58,993 nucleotides of DNA from a virus (taxonomy: Duplodnaviria > Caudoviricetes), in IMG/VR virus record IMGVR_UViG_3300017644_000001, positions 1-58,993 of that record, one strand, 5' to 3'. The position numbers were made by a program, and so were the translations under genes. Under the pieces are notes generated by a model that had not been told where the DNA came from, did no database searches, and worked only from the letters and a program-made list of their open reading frames with translations. Below are positions 8,038 to 17,920 of this stretch, piece after piece; within the stretch, counting starts at the first letter, position 1, and each line of letters begins with the position of its first letter.

Positions 8038-9543
8038 TCAGGCCGCGACGTCGATCTGCGCGAGCAGATCGTCGAGCAGAATGTCGAGGGCAGCGCGATA
8101 CCGCGACGAGCGGATGCCCAGGTAGCGCAGCACGGGCGGTTCCTCGGCGGCGAAGTCCACGACGAACTTGCCCAAGCGAAGCTGCTCGGGACTGTTCTGG
8201 TCGCGCGTGAAGCCGACCTTGTAATCGAGGATGTCGCCGTCCGCCTTGATGTCGCGCAGCGCGAACCGCATCGTGTCCAAGATGTCCTGGACCGTGCCAT
8301 AGTCGATGTTGCGCGTCCCAAGGAAGCCGCGAAGCGTCCGCAGGAACATCAGGTGGATGAAGTCCCGGCCGCGCACGACGTGATAGAACTGCCACAGCGT
8401 GTCCTCGGCGCAGGTGTCCGTCCCGATGTAGACGAAGCCGCCCGAAGCGATGGCCGTCTCCACGCCCATCTCGCCGCGCACGATGATGCCGGCGTTCTGC
8501 GCGATAAGCGCCTGCCCCTCCGTCGCGCCATCGGTGAGCGAGAAGTCGATGGGACGGCTCGGCCCGACGATCCCCTGCACCGGCTGGTTCGCCCACGAGT
8601 GGAACGGTCGGCCGCCGAACTGATGGTCGCGGCGGACCGCGATGCCGATCACGCGCGGCGACGCCGGCTTCACGGTCGCATCGACGCCGACCTTCACGGC
8701 GGTTTCGACCGGGATCAGCCGCTCGCTTTGGATCGTCTCGCGCCAGTCGGTGTAGTCCTGTTGCGTCGTGGCGGGGCCATCGACCACAGCCACCGCGAGG
8801 AGCTTGTTCAACACCGCCGGCAAGGCGGCGCACACCGGGTTCGCGAGCGTCTCGACGACGGCCGTTGCGGTCGGAAGAACCTTGTTCTCGTCGTCGCCGC
8901 CACCGCTGAACGTCACGACCAGCGTGTCGGTGAGGTTCTTGCCGGCGGTCAGGATCGTCAGGCCGACGACCTTGTCCGCGTCGTCTCCGGTCCCCATCAC
9001 CGCCTCGGCGGTCGGCAACTCCTTGTCGGGATCGGTGCCGCCGCCGGTGAACCCGACAGTCGGTGCCTCGGTCATATCCGAGCCCTGGGTGCCGAGCGTC
9101 AGTGTGGCGAGGCCCTTGTCCTGTTGCGACGTGAGGCCCGGAACGGCGATCAGGCGCGGGATCACGCCGAGCAGCGGGCCGGACGAGGCCAACGCCCAGA
9201 TGCCAGTTTTTGCCGCCTGCGATCCGACTGCGTTCGCGATGGCCGCGTCGGTATCATCGCCGGGCTCTATCCGCACCACGACGACGCGCGCCGCAACCTG
9301 GAACTCGCCGAGTTGATCGTTGATGCCGGCGATGGCGTCGGGCAGCGACCCGTCCTCGCCGAGCGCGGTCAACGCCGCAGCGTCGTCGCTGTAGATCGCG
9401 ACCGGCGTGTTGAGCGGAAAGGTCTGCGCGTTGGCGCTCGGCGCCGTGCCGACCAGACCGACCACCGACATATCGCTGACGATGGCGGGGCGCGGCTCGT
9501 TATCGACGCGCGTGATGGAAATTCCGAACGTGGGATCGGACAT
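8038..9543 (-). CDS. Tail sheath protein (P2 FI-like)
   Basis: Motifs SVVGLVGTAP, FPLNTPV, PRLIAVPG, HSWANQPV, LWQFYHVVRGRD and NSPEQLRLGK. Confidence 0.93.
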   Translation of the reverse strand: MSDPTFGISITRVDNEPRPAIVSDMSVVGLVGTAPSANAQTFPLNTPVAIYSDDAAALTALGEDGSLPDAIAGINDQLGEFQVAARVVVVRIEPGDDTDAAIANAVGSQAAKTGIWALASSGPLLGVIPRLIAVPGLTSQQDKGLATLTLGTQGSDMTEAPTVGFTGGGTDPDKELPTAEAVMGTGDDADKVVGLTILTAGKNLTDTLVVTFSGGGDDENKVLPTATAVVETLANPVCAALPAVLNKLLAVAVVDGPATTQQDYTDWRETIQSERLIPVETAVKVGVDATVKPASPRVIGIAVRRDHQFGGRPFHSWANQPVQGIVGPSRPIDFSLTDGATEGQALIAQNAGIIVRGEMGVETAIASGGFVYIGTDTCAEDTLWQFYHVVRGRDFIHLMFLRTLRGFLGTRNIDYGTVQDILDTMRFALRDIKADGDILDYKVGFTRDQNSPEQLRLGKFVVDFAAEEPPVLRYLGIRSSRYRAALDILLDDLLAQIDVAA

Positions 9544-9556
9544 TGTCTCTTGCTCC

Positions 9557-9583
9557 AAAAGAAAAGGCCGCCCGAAGGCGGCC
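9557..9583 (-). terminator. Intrinsic terminator immediately upstream of the sheath gene
   Basis: ggccgcc-ttcg-ggcggcc followed by ttttctttt. Confidence 0.75.
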
Positions 9584-9612
9584 GGCTGGTGGGTCGGTGT
9601 TTACCGGCGGCC

Positions 9613-10200
9613 TTACGGCCACCGACTATTGTCGGCATAGTCGTCCGGGATCGGGTCCATCGCCTGGATCACGAAGCTTGCGGTCCAGATCGGTTGTCGG
9701 AACGCGCCGGCAGCAACCAGGATCGCCTGCCACTCCATCGCCGTAACCACCACCGGTCCGGTATCGGTCACGATGGCGATGGTCGAGGTTGTGTCGCCCG
9801 CAGCGACATAGGCGTTTGCGAGGTCCGTAACCTCACGCCATCCGATCATATCCTGATCGGTGGTGCCGATGCGGTGTACGCCGCGATCATCACCGAAGTC
9901 ATAATTGAAGCCAGCGGCGAGGCGGCGCGCACGCTCCGCGATGACATCCCGCTCGGAGATCGGCACCAGGACTGGTGTTGCAACGACATCGTTGCCGACG
10001 CGGGCAATAGTGATGTCGCTTACAGATCGCCCGGTAGGCACATCGACAGACAACCGATAGAGGCCGATTGCCGCAAGCTCGGGTGCTGACCATAGCTCCA
10101 TGATCTGCCACGGGTGCGTGACGTTGCCAACAACGATGCTTTGCCCCGGCATAAGCCGTACAAAAACGTCTTGCTGAGTTTCTTGCGCGTAGAAGATCAT
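9613..10200 (-). CDS. Tail fibre assembly-type protein (DUF4376-like C-terminus)
   Basis: WSAPELAAIGLY, VIAERARRLAAGF and terminal IPDDYADNSRWP; downstream of the fibre genes. Confidence 0.7.
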   Translation of the reverse strand: MIFYAQETQQDVFVRLMPGQSIVVGNVTHPWQIMELWSAPELAAIGLYRLSVDVPTGRSVSDITIARVGNDVVATPVLVPISERDVIAERARRLAAGFNYDFGDDRGVHRIGTTDQDMIGWREVTDLANAYVAAGDTTSTIAIVTDTGPVVVTAMEWQAILVAAGAFRQPIWTASFVIQAMDPIPDDYADNSRWP

Positions 10201-10201
10201 G

Positions 10202-10957
10202 TCATGCCACCGTTATAACTGCTTTACCGTTGCCCCCGCCGTTACCCCAGGCCTGCGACGTGTCTGGCGACCCACCGCCACCGCCAGCACCAACGAATAC
10301 TGAGATCACATCGCCTAGTGCGGGCGCCCCAGGCGCGCCGTAGGTGTACGTCCTGCCGCAATAACCGCCACCGCCACCACCGCCGCCGCCTCGGCCGTTA
10401 ATTCCACTGTAATCCCCCCCCTTGCCGCCAGAGCCAGGGCCGCCGTTTGCCGCCGGCCCACCAGGACCGCCAGTTGCGTTGGTTCCCGTGCCGCCAGCCG
10501 CGCCGGTTGCGCCGGAAAGATTGGTGTCACCGCCAGAGGCCCCGCCCCCCCCGCCGCCGATGGAGCCGGTAGAATTAGTATTCTGTCCGCCGGCCCCGCC
10601 ACCGGCCACCAACGCCAAAGCACTGATTTGAGTGTTCTGTCCAACCCCGCCAGCACCGACATTGGCAGCAATCCTCGATGCGCCAGCACCACCGCCACCA
10701 GCGCCGTACAAGCTGATGGTGAGTGTGTTGTATTCCGGCACCGTGAAATTGTATGTGCCGGGTGAAGCGTAGGTGGTCGTACTAGGAATAACGACGCGGG
10801 ACGAACCAACGATAACGGGCGTGATGCCGGGGATGCCGACATCGCGCGGGCGAATAATCGCGGGCGTGTAGAGGCGGCGCGAGCGAAGCGGTCGGTGCGC
10901 GTTAGATGTGGTCAGGTGTCGCTCGGGTATGGCGAGCTTGCGAGATGGGATGCTCAT
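10202..10957 (-). CDS. Glycine-rich tail fibre / receptor-binding protein
   Basis: YASPGTYNFTVP..LYGAGGGGAG, many GGxGG repeats and terminal GGNGKAVIT; ATGA-coupled to the upstream fibre gene. Confidence 0.75.
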   Translation of the reverse strand: MSIPSRKLAIPERHLTTSNAHRPLRSRRLYTPAIIRPRDVGIPGITPVIVGSSRVVIPSTTTYASPGTYNFTVPEYNTLTISLYGAGGGGAGASRIAANVGAGGVGQNTQISALALVAGGGAGGQNTNSTGSIGGGGGGASGGDTNLSGATGAAGGTGTNATGGPGGPAANGGPGSGGKGGDYSGINGRGGGGGGGGGYCGRTYTYGAPGAPALGDVISVFVGAGGGGGSPDTSQAWGNGGGNGKAVITVA

Positions 10958-12279
10958 TTTGCTGCGTAAGCCGCCTTGCCGCCCGAATAACAGATCGACC
11001 AATTCGTGCCATCGTCATACGCAAGCTGGCCCGAAATGTAGTTCGCTTGATAACTACCCGTGTTAAATGTCGGCGTCGTGCCGCCGATGGGTATCCATCC
11101 GCTAGAAAACGACATGGTTTTTCCACCAGCTTCGTCCTGCACAAACCAGATGCCGAACGACTGCCCAGGCTTCAATCCGGTCGGCGCTCCAAGCGTGGTG
11201 TTGCCGTTGAGCGCGAGCACGTAGTTCAGGTGCTGCGAAAAATCGAGATTGATCGTGCCGCTCACATTGTCAATCCGGTACGGCGCTGCTGCATCCCACA
11301 GCGCATCGGCGCGGATGATCTTCGCAACCCCGGCGCAGATATTCGCCGCGCTCGCGTACATCGACGACGCGATCTTCGCGAGAACCTGTCCAGGCGTGGA
11401 CCAATCCCACTCGATCTCATCGTCGGTGACGACGCGTCCGGCTGAGAGGCCATCGCTCGCCGTCTTGACGAGGTAGTTGGCGTCGTTCGGTGCTTTCGCT
11501 TCCACGCCGCTGCCTAGGGCGCCAAGCGCCTCGGCGACCGAGATCGTGCCGCTGCCTGTATCGTAGGCGATGTCGGTCGCGACATTCGCAGGACGGAGCG
11601 CCGCGACCTCCCACGTCGCGTTGCTTGTCGCAGGCAGCGTTGGCGGCGCGATGTTGGTCGAGCCATCGGCGGCGATGTTGATCCAGAGGCAACCCTGGTC
11701 GGTGACCATGTCGTCTTTGGCGTAGGCCGTAGCGGCGTTGTAGCCGCCCGGCCGATAGGTTGCGCCACGGTCGCCCTTATCGCCTTTCTGGCCTTTGCGA
11801 CCAGCGGTGTAGAACCGCCAGTCGGTGAAGGTGCCCTCACCCGCAGAATTGTCCACGTCGATGACGAGTGCGCCGGTCGTCTGCGAGTAGGACACCAGCG
11901 CGCCCGTCATCCACGCGCTGCCGTCCGCGATGCGGCGGGCCAGCACATAGCCGCCGACCGCGAACGTGTTCCGCGCCGACGCCTCGACGAAGAACGTCTT
12001 GGTGCCAGCCCCAATCTCAACCGACGTGACCGACGTTGCCGAGAACAGGTTCGGGATCGACGCGATCCGATCCTGGGTCTGGATGACTAGCGGCGTGATC
12101 GAGTTGTTGATCCGCTCAAGCGCAAGGCTCTCCATCCGGTTCGCGACCGCATCGAGGTTCTTGAGCTTGTCCTCGTTCAACCCGATGCGGATGTCGAGGT
12201 CTTCGAGAATGGTGTTCCAAAACTCGGCGTCCCCGAGATTGTCGCCGCGTTTGATGCGGTAAGCGTCGATGCGGCGCAT
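10954..12279 (-). CDS. Tail fibre protein
   Basis: 441 aa; coiled N-terminus, SATSVTSVEIGAGTKTF domain, short collagen-like GQKGDKGDRG and C-terminal IWFVQDEAGGKT domain. Confidence 0.8.
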   Translation of the reverse strand: MRRIDAYRIKRGDNLGDAEFWNTILEDLDIRIGLNEDKLKNLDAVANRMESLALERINNSITPLVIQTQDRIASIPNLFSATSVTSVEIGAGTKTFFVEASARNTFAVGGYVLARRIADGSAWMTGALVSYSQTTGALVIDVDNSAGEGTFTDWRFYTAGRKGQKGDKGDRGATYRPGGYNAATAYAKDDMVTDQGCLWINIAADGSTNIAPPTLPATSNATWEVAALRPANVATDIAYDTGSGTISVAEALGALGSGVEAKAPNDANYLVKTASDGLSAGRVVTDDEIEWDWSTPGQVLAKIASSMYASAANICAGVAKIIRADALWDAAAPYRIDNVSGTINLDFSQHLNYVLALNGNTTLGAPTGLKPGQSFGIWFVQDEAGGKTMSFSSGWIPIGGTTPTFNTGSYQANYISGQLAYDDGTNWSICYSGGKAAYAAK

Positions 12280-12284
12280 GTCGG

Positions 12285-12482
12285 CTAAACCTTCTCGATG
12301 CTGGAAATTGCGTCGCCGAGTTGCTCCACAACTCGGCCCTTCACGATGTAGCCGTGGCGCGGCTTGAACCGCACGCCGGCCGCGGTCACGACCTTCTTGA
12401 TCTTCACCCGATACTGCGCGTCGGGCACGACGGATTGCGCCGCGCCCGGCTCGGGCGCGGCTTGTGGTTTCTTCGCCATCAC
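12285..12482 (-). CDS. Small hypothetical virion-region protein
   Basis: 65 aa filling the gap between two tail genes; AGGAG RBS. Confidence 0.6.
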   Translation of the reverse strand: MMAKKPQAAPEPGAAQSVVPDAQYRVKIKKVVTAAGVRFKPRHGYIVKGRVVEQLGDAISSIEKV

Positions 12483-12498
12483 TTTCTCCTAGTTGGGA

Positions 12499-14757
12499 CT
12501 ACGGCGCGTAGTGGACGCGCTCGGCGACGTGGAACGTGTTGCCGGCGCTGTTCGTGGAACCCTTCGCCTCGATGCGGAAGCTCTCGGTGGCATCGTCGAG
12601 GTTGAAGGTGTAGGTCCGCATGATCCGCTTGTCGGCCGCGTTGAGAACGATCTCCTCGGTCACGTCGGGCGTCTCCCAAGCGCCTCCGACGCGCAGCCGG
12701 CAGTCGAAGTCGTGCGGCGTGTCGTCGAAGTCCTCAAGGGTGAACTTCACCACGATGGTGTCGGCCGCGGCCCCCAACGTCTGCTCGGTCGAGATATGCG
12801 TGAAGGCCGTCTTTGGTCGAGACAACCGCCACTCGGAGCCGGTCAGCATCAGACCCGGCATGATGTCCTTCGTGCCGACGAAGCGAGCCCGGAACCGACA
12901 CAGCGGCGGCGTCGAGTTGAACGCGGTCAGATCGTCCACGGTCAGCGGCACCCATGCACCCGATCCGCCGGGCTGGACCTCAAACACGAGCTTCGTCGAA
13001 GCCGGCACCACCGACCCTGCAAGAAGGTCGATATTGCGGATACCGCCGTCCAGGTTGAGCGCGTCAAGCTCGACCGTGACCTGCGGGGCGATGAAGCGCG
13101 CGCCCCACAATTCGAGCAGCAAGTCTTTGGTCAGATCGCCTTGGAAGTAGGCGCCGTCCGTCGAATAGAAGAACGTGCCGTCCAGGTAGTTCTCTCCCGA
13201 CGCCATGCCGATGCGATGGTTCGCATTGCTGGTCAGCACCACCGCGTAACGCTTCCCGGCCTTCAAGAAGGTCGGCACCACCTCGACGCGGGTCCAGTCG
13301 CCCTCGACAAGCGAGGCGTGATCCACGGTTTGATGCAGGATCACCTTGTCGAGATCGGGAACGCCGTTCGTGACCTCGCAGAGCGTGAGGAACACGTTCT
13401 CGTTCGCCGCCTTCGCGGTCACGAAGAAGCCAATCCTGGACAGCCAGAAGTCGTTACCGGCGAGGAAGGTCTGTGCGACCTGCGCGCCGGTGATGGTGTG
13501 CTCCTGGACGACATAGTCCCAATAAGGCTCGTCGTAGGTGTCCACCCAGACCTGACGCAGGCGCATGATCTCATGGCCGACGCCAAGGTTCTGCTCAAGA
13601 CCGACAAGCTGGAAGCTCTCGCCGTCCTTCGTGAAGGTTCCGGTCGTGCTGTCGAACGTCCCGTCTTTCCACCATTGCGCGTTCGTGCAGACGGTGAAGA
13701 TCGAGCCGTAACGAAGCCGCTCGCGCGACATCAGGCGCTGGACCAAATTGAAGGTCTGGAAGCCGTATTGCGCGATGCCGATGTCCGAGTGATAGGTCAG
13801 GATCGCCATACGGAGCGCATGATCGAACTTCGGCAACAGCAGGCCGGACGTGACCTTGGCGTTCGGGTCGTTGGCCGAGAAGATGTCGAGTTCGCCGACG
13901 TCCTCGTTGGCGGCCGGGAACCGGATGCCCTCCTGCACGAGCGCGTCGAAGCCGAGCGCGGCCGTGTTGTCCACGTCGCTCTCAGTCGTCGTCAGGAAGT
14001 GGTCGGCGCCGTAATCCGACGCATCATCCGGCACGGCGAGCAAGTCCTTCACCCGCGCCATGTCGATGTAGAGGTTCGACAAGTCCTTCGCGGGCGCGCG
14101 GGTATGCACCTCGTTCGCCAGCGCGGCAAGATCGGCCGCGAGCGAGGAGACGCGCGGCTCGATGGCCGCGCGGAACGCCTCTTGCACCTTAACCCGCTGG
14201 TCGAGAAGCTCGGTCGAGGCCACCGCGTTCTGCGTCTGCATCGTGACCGACAAGACCTGGATCGTATCGACCAGGATGTAGGCGATCACCGCGTGGGCAC
14301 CGGAGATGGCCGGCGGCTGCGGATCGGCGCTCTCGGCGCCCGGTGTGAACACGATGACGGCATCACGCGACCGCGACATCGCAACGCTGTCCGGCTCGGT
14401 CGTTCCCGTCTCGACGTTCCGAAGGAAGTCGCGCTCGGTGACGTCGGTATCGTTCTCCTGACCGTAGACCGACACCGCGACGATGCGCTGCGAGGCCGCC
14501 GCGAGATACGCGGTAAGGCTCTGCGTTAGCGACGAGGCGCGGTTAAAGACCGCGCCGCCCGCCTGATACAGGCGCCCCGACGCAACCGACACCTCGGCCT
14601 GCGCCGACTTGACCACCGCGAAGCCCGCGTAGCGGTTCGACTTGGTCACGACGTCATCGACGATGTGGTCGATGGACGTGCGGGCGTAAGCCTGGATGTT
14701 GTTGTGGTCCGAGGCTTGCTGCTCCTGAAAGTCACGGAAATAGACGAGCTTCTCCAC
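12499..14757 (-). CDS. Large baseplate / tail structural protein
   Basis: ~752 aa from GTG (VEKLVYF); beta-rich C-terminus (AQVAQTFL..RIGFFV); located between GpI and the fibre genes. Confidence 0.75.
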   Translation of the reverse strand: MEKLVYFRDFQEQQASDHNNIQAYARTSIDHIVDDVVTKSNRYAGFAVVKSAQAEVSVASGRLYQAGGAVFNRASSLTQSLTAYLAAASQRIVAVSVYGQENDTDVTERDFLRNVETGTTEPDSVAMSRSRDAVIVFTPGAESADPQPPAISGAHAVIAYILVDTIQVLSVTMQTQNAVASTELLDQRVKVQEAFRAAIEPRVSSLAADLAALANEVHTRAPAKDLSNLYIDMARVKDLLAVPDDASDYGADHFLTTTESDVDNTAALGFDALVQEGIRFPAANEDVGELDIFSANDPNAKVTSGLLLPKFDHALRMAILTYHSDIGIAQYGFQTFNLVQRLMSRERLRYGSIFTVCTNAQWWKDGTFDSTTGTFTKDGESFQLVGLEQNLGVGHEIMRLRQVWVDTYDEPYWDYVVQEHTITGAQVAQTFLAGNDFWLSRIGFFVTAKAANENVFLTLCEVTNGVPDLDKVILHQTVDHASLVEGDWTRVEVVPTFLKAGKRYAVVLTSNANHRIGMASGENYLDGTFFYSTDGAYFQGDLTKDLLLELWGARFIAPQVTVELDALNLDGGIRNIDLLAGSVVPASTKLVFEVQPGGSGAWVPLTVDDLTAFNSTPPLCRFRARFVGTKDIMPGLMLTGSEWRLSRPKTAFTHISTEQTLGAAADTIVVKFTLEDFDDTPHDFDCRLRVGGAWETPDVTEEIVLNAADKRIMRTYTFNLDDATESFRIEAKGSTNSAGNTFHVAERVHYAP

Positions 14758-14802
14758 GGTGTGGGTTCCTTCTCGAAGGTGCAAAAGATGGGAGCGCCGC
14801 GG

Positions 14803-16011
14803 CTACGCGGCCGGGCGCCCGACGATGAACGTGTCGATCCCGGCTCGGAACAACTGCCCCGCAATGATCTGCGGCCGGGCCGGGTATCGGATCAGGATGT
14901 TGTCGGACGCGCGCTTCGACGCGATCAGCGCGCGGCGAACGTTGAGCACTCGGCTGGCGTCGTGCGGAAGCCAGAACCGCCGCCGGCTCGCCACGATGCC
15001 CTCGCCTGCCGCCCAGACCGGGCGCTTACCCGGCATCGAGACTTGGAGGTGCGCGGTGTGCGCCGGGAAGCCGTAGCGCCCCACGCCCATGAACTGGATC
15101 GAGGGGCGGCGTGAAACATGGCTCTCGTCGCTGACCGCGAAGCGCCAGAAGATGCGGAGCGGTGCCGACGTTGGCCGGAAGAAACCGCCACGCACGAACA
15201 GGCCGCAGAACACGCCGCGATCAACCTCACCTGCCACCTTGACGCGCTCGGGCTCCGACGTGACCGCCTCGAATTGCGGTCCGACCGGACTACGCCACGG
15301 CATCCGCGCCGCTGGCGCGATAGTGACGATCCGCTGCGCCGCGCTGCTCGGCTGGAAGAACTGGCCACCGTTACTCGGGAGGCCGGAAAAGACACGCTCG
15401 CCGGCCGCGCCCTTGATGTGCAGCCGGAAATAACTGCCGAAGTCACTGACGCGCGTGTCGGTTTCGGTGTCGCCAACGACCCACCGAGCCCGCCGGTTGA
15501 GCCGCTTGAACGCCGTGGACGGGATCGGAAAGCCGATCTCGAAGAACGACGAGAAGCCGAAGCCGCCAGTGTAGAACCCGAACCCGCGCGTCCCGCTCTC
15601 GCGGACGCGCCACGTCCTGACCTGCGGCAGCTTGGACAGCCAGGCCTCCCGCTCGGAGCGGGTCAGCGACGGGCCGGAATAGACCGCTTGCGGCGGCGTC
15701 AGGACGGCAAGAAGCCGCGCATCGACATATCGCAGATAAGACCGTGCCGCTTCGAGCGTGCCCTTGGCGCGGTGCAGCCGGATCGCGTTGGCGATAATCG
15801 ACCGCTTCCGCAGGTCGGTCCAGGCGTCGTCCCAGAGGTCCACCGACAGCGCGTGCGCCAGCGACTTGAGGAATTGCGGCGGGCAATCCCACGGCGACCA
15901 GACCTGCCGGGTCGGTGCGTCGATGCCTTCGATCCGCGTCGAGAGCGACGCCAGCGCCTTGTTCAGAGGCGTCTCGGACATCGGCAGGATGTGGTCGCGA
16001 TACGGGATCAC
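14803..16011 (-). CDS. Tail protein I (P2 GpI-like) with a long C-terminal extension
   Basis: WSPWDCPPQFLKSLAHALSVDLWD..KRSII..LHRAKGT motif. Confidence 0.88.
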   Translation of the reverse strand: MIPYRDHILPMSETPLNKALASLSTRIEGIDAPTRQVWSPWDCPPQFLKSLAHALSVDLWDDAWTDLRKRSIIANAIRLHRAKGTLEAARSYLRYVDARLLAVLTPPQAVYSGPSLTRSEREAWLSKLPQVRTWRVRESGTRGFGFYTGGFGFSSFFEIGFPIPSTAFKRLNRRARWVVGDTETDTRVSDFGSYFRLHIKGAAGERVFSGLPSNGGQFFQPSSAAQRIVTIAPAARMPWRSPVGPQFEAVTSEPERVKVAGEVDRGVFCGLFVRGGFFRPTSAPLRIFWRFAVSDESHVSRRPSIQFMGVGRYGFPAHTAHLQVSMPGKRPVWAAGEGIVASRRRFWLPHDASRVLNVRRALIASKRASDNILIRYPARPQIIAGQLFRAGIDTFIVGRPAA

Positions 16012-16928
16012 GTCTCAACCTCGGTGATGATCTCGACGCCAGTGCAGCGCGCCGCTTGCGCCGGGCCGGGGATGATGTCCGCCATCGGCGCGAGGCGCTG
16101 CACACGCACCACATTGCCGACGTAGGCCGCGCCTTCGAGCGCGTTGGCATAGACCTTCACCCCGATGGCAAAACGCGCATCAGCGGCCGCGAGAACGGCG
16201 GCACGGGCCGCTTCCGCGACAACGGACGGTGCCGGCCCTCGCGGCAAGGTCAGCTTGAGTTGCACCGCGTAGGTCAGGACTTCCGCAGCCGCGACGACCA
16301 GGATGTCGGTGAGCGGCTTGACGTTCGTCGCGCTCAGCGCGCCGCGCACCGCGTCAAGCACGTCCTCGGGGACCGAGCCATCGCCCTCACTGAGGAGGTA
16401 GACCGCGGCGCGGCCGGGCACGCCATGCGTGCCTGGACCAAGCACGGCCACGTCACGCGCGTAAGGCCACGTCGTGACGGCGTGGTAGATGTAGCCGTCA
16501 GGCGAGCCCGCCGCCGGCACCGCAAACGACGTCAGGTAGCGCAGGAGCAGCGATTGATCGCTCTCCATCACCGCCGGGGCATCGGTGGTCGCGGGCGTCA
16601 GGACAAGCCGCTGGACGTTGGCTCGCGCCGCGATGGCGTCGAGGTCGGGGCCCCTTGCATAAGCCGGCAGGACGGCGCGCACGGCCGAATTGACCCGCGC
16701 CCGCATCAGCGTCTCGCGGTGCGCGTGTGCCTCCTGGTCGATCTTGATCGGATCGAACTCAAGGCCGCCGACGTCGTAGGGAAAGCCGGCCTGATCGGCG
16801 CGGGTCTGGAAGTCCGCCATCCGGTCGGCCAGGATCGCCTCCTGGTCCAGCACTTCGAGCGCATCAGGAACCGGCAACCCTTCCGGGTTGATCGTCGGCG
16901 CGATGAAGCGGTTCGCGTTCACCGTCAT
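16008..16928 (-). CDS. Baseplate J/gp47 protein
   Basis: Motifs YARGPDLDAI, MESDQSL, AGSPDGYIYHA and VKPLTD. Confidence 0.92.
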   Translation of the reverse strand: MTVNANRFIAPTINPEGLPVPDALEVLDQEAILADRMADFQTRADQAGFPYDVGGLEFDPIKIDQEAHAHRETLMRARVNSAVRAVLPAYARGPDLDAIAARANVQRLVLTPATTDAPAVMESDQSLLLRYLTSFAVPAAGSPDGYIYHAVTTWPYARDVAVLGPGTHGVPGRAAVYLLSEGDGSVPEDVLDAVRGALSATNVKPLTDILVVAAAEVLTYAVQLKLTLPRGPAPSVVAEAARAAVLAAADARFAIGVKVYANALEGAAYVGNVVRVQRLAPMADIIPGPAQAARCTGVEIITEVET

Positions 16929-17341
16929 AGCGGTTGCTCCACGGCCACGCGGCCATCGTCATTCGTGAACAGGGTTACGCGGCGCGGCCCCTCGACGGTG
17001 AAGTCGCCGAGGTGTGCGCGCGGCCGGTAAGCCCCTTGCAACTCGATCCGCAGGCGGCCGGTCCGAAGTTCGTCGGCGTTGGACAACACCGCGATCTTGG
17101 TCAGCGCGAAGCGCGGCTCGAACGCGAGCGCGGCGAACAGCGCGGTGAAGAACCGCAACAGCGTTTCCGGCACGAGGTTCTCGCCGAGCATGGCAGGGAT
17201 CAGCGAGCCGACCCACCGCCGCATCACACGCGCGCCGAACGGCGTCGCGAAGATCGCTTCGAGCGAAAGCACGACGTGCGACCAGCCCGCGACCGGGCGG
17301 CCGGTATGTCGGTCCACACCCGATCCGACTGGATTAGCCAT
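16925..17341 (-). CDS. Baseplate wedge W/gp25 protein
   Basis: Motifs GVDRHTGR, IFATPFGARVMRRWVGS and FEPRF. Confidence 0.9.
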   Translation of the reverse strand: MANPVGSGVDRHTGRPVAGWSHVVLSLEAIFATPFGARVMRRWVGSLIPAMLGENLVPETLLRFFTALFAALAFEPRFALTKIAVLSNADELRTGRLRIELQGAYRPRAHLGDFTVEGPRRVTLFTNDDGRVAVEQPL

Positions 17342-17919
17342 CACGTCACCTTCGCGTAGGTCTGTTTCGCGAGATCGGCCTCAGTGCCGACCTTCGGCGC
17401 GCCGTCATCCGGTGCATCGAGGCCGAAGTAGCTCGGACCGACCGAGTAAACGCGGCTTCCCTTGACGCCGATCTTCTTGCCCGACACTTCGGCGACGATC
17501 TCCTGGTCGGTGACGGTCAGTTTCGCGTCGCCGACTTTGATCTCGACCAGCTTGTCCTTGAGCGTCACCTTCACCGAACCGAACGTCAGGACGTGTTCGT
17601 CGCCGTTCTGCGACGGCGACGGGTTCTGATCGCTCCACGTCAACGGCAGCGCCACGGCCTGCCGAAAGTCGCCGGTCGGGTTGAGCATGGTCATCTGCTG
17701 ACCGACGCTCGGCGGCGTGTGGACCTTGAGGGCGCCCGCGATCTGCGCGTAGGGCACCCACGGCCCGATGAACGGCTTTCCGTCGTCGCCCTCACCCATG
17801 CGAACCCGGACAAGCTGTTTCGCCGGATCGACTTCTTCGACGGTGCCGTGCCGATACTGGTTCGCCACGCGGCGCTCCAACTCGGCGACGCGCTCGAAAA
17901 GCTCGACCAGCGCCCGCAT
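17341..17919 (-). CDS. Baseplate spike GpV
   Basis: RHGTVEEVD..VRV..WVPY..PPSVGQQ OB-fold pattern followed by beta repeats. Confidence 0.9.
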   Translation of the reverse strand: MRALVELFERVAELERRVANQYRHGTVEEVDPAKQLVRVRMGEGDDGKPFIGPWVPYAQIAGALKVHTPPSVGQQMTMLNPTGDFRQAVALPLTWSDQNPSPSQNGDEHVLTFGSVKVTLKDKLVEIKVGDAKLTVTDQEIVAEVSGKKIGVKGSRVYSVGPSYFGLDAPDDGAPKVGTEADLAKQTYAKVT

Positions 17920-17920
17920 G

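Noticed and set aside
7150-10089. 979-aa plus-strand ORF, and similar long antisense ORFs (12493-14529, 38964-40364, 4669-5835)
   Set aside because: Shadow frames of well-supported minus-strand genes in high-GC DNA; no motifs or RBS.
10230-10700. Repetitive (CCG/CCA)n tracts resembling an array
   Set aside because: They are glycine codons of the Gly-rich fibre protein, with no repeat-spacer periodicity.
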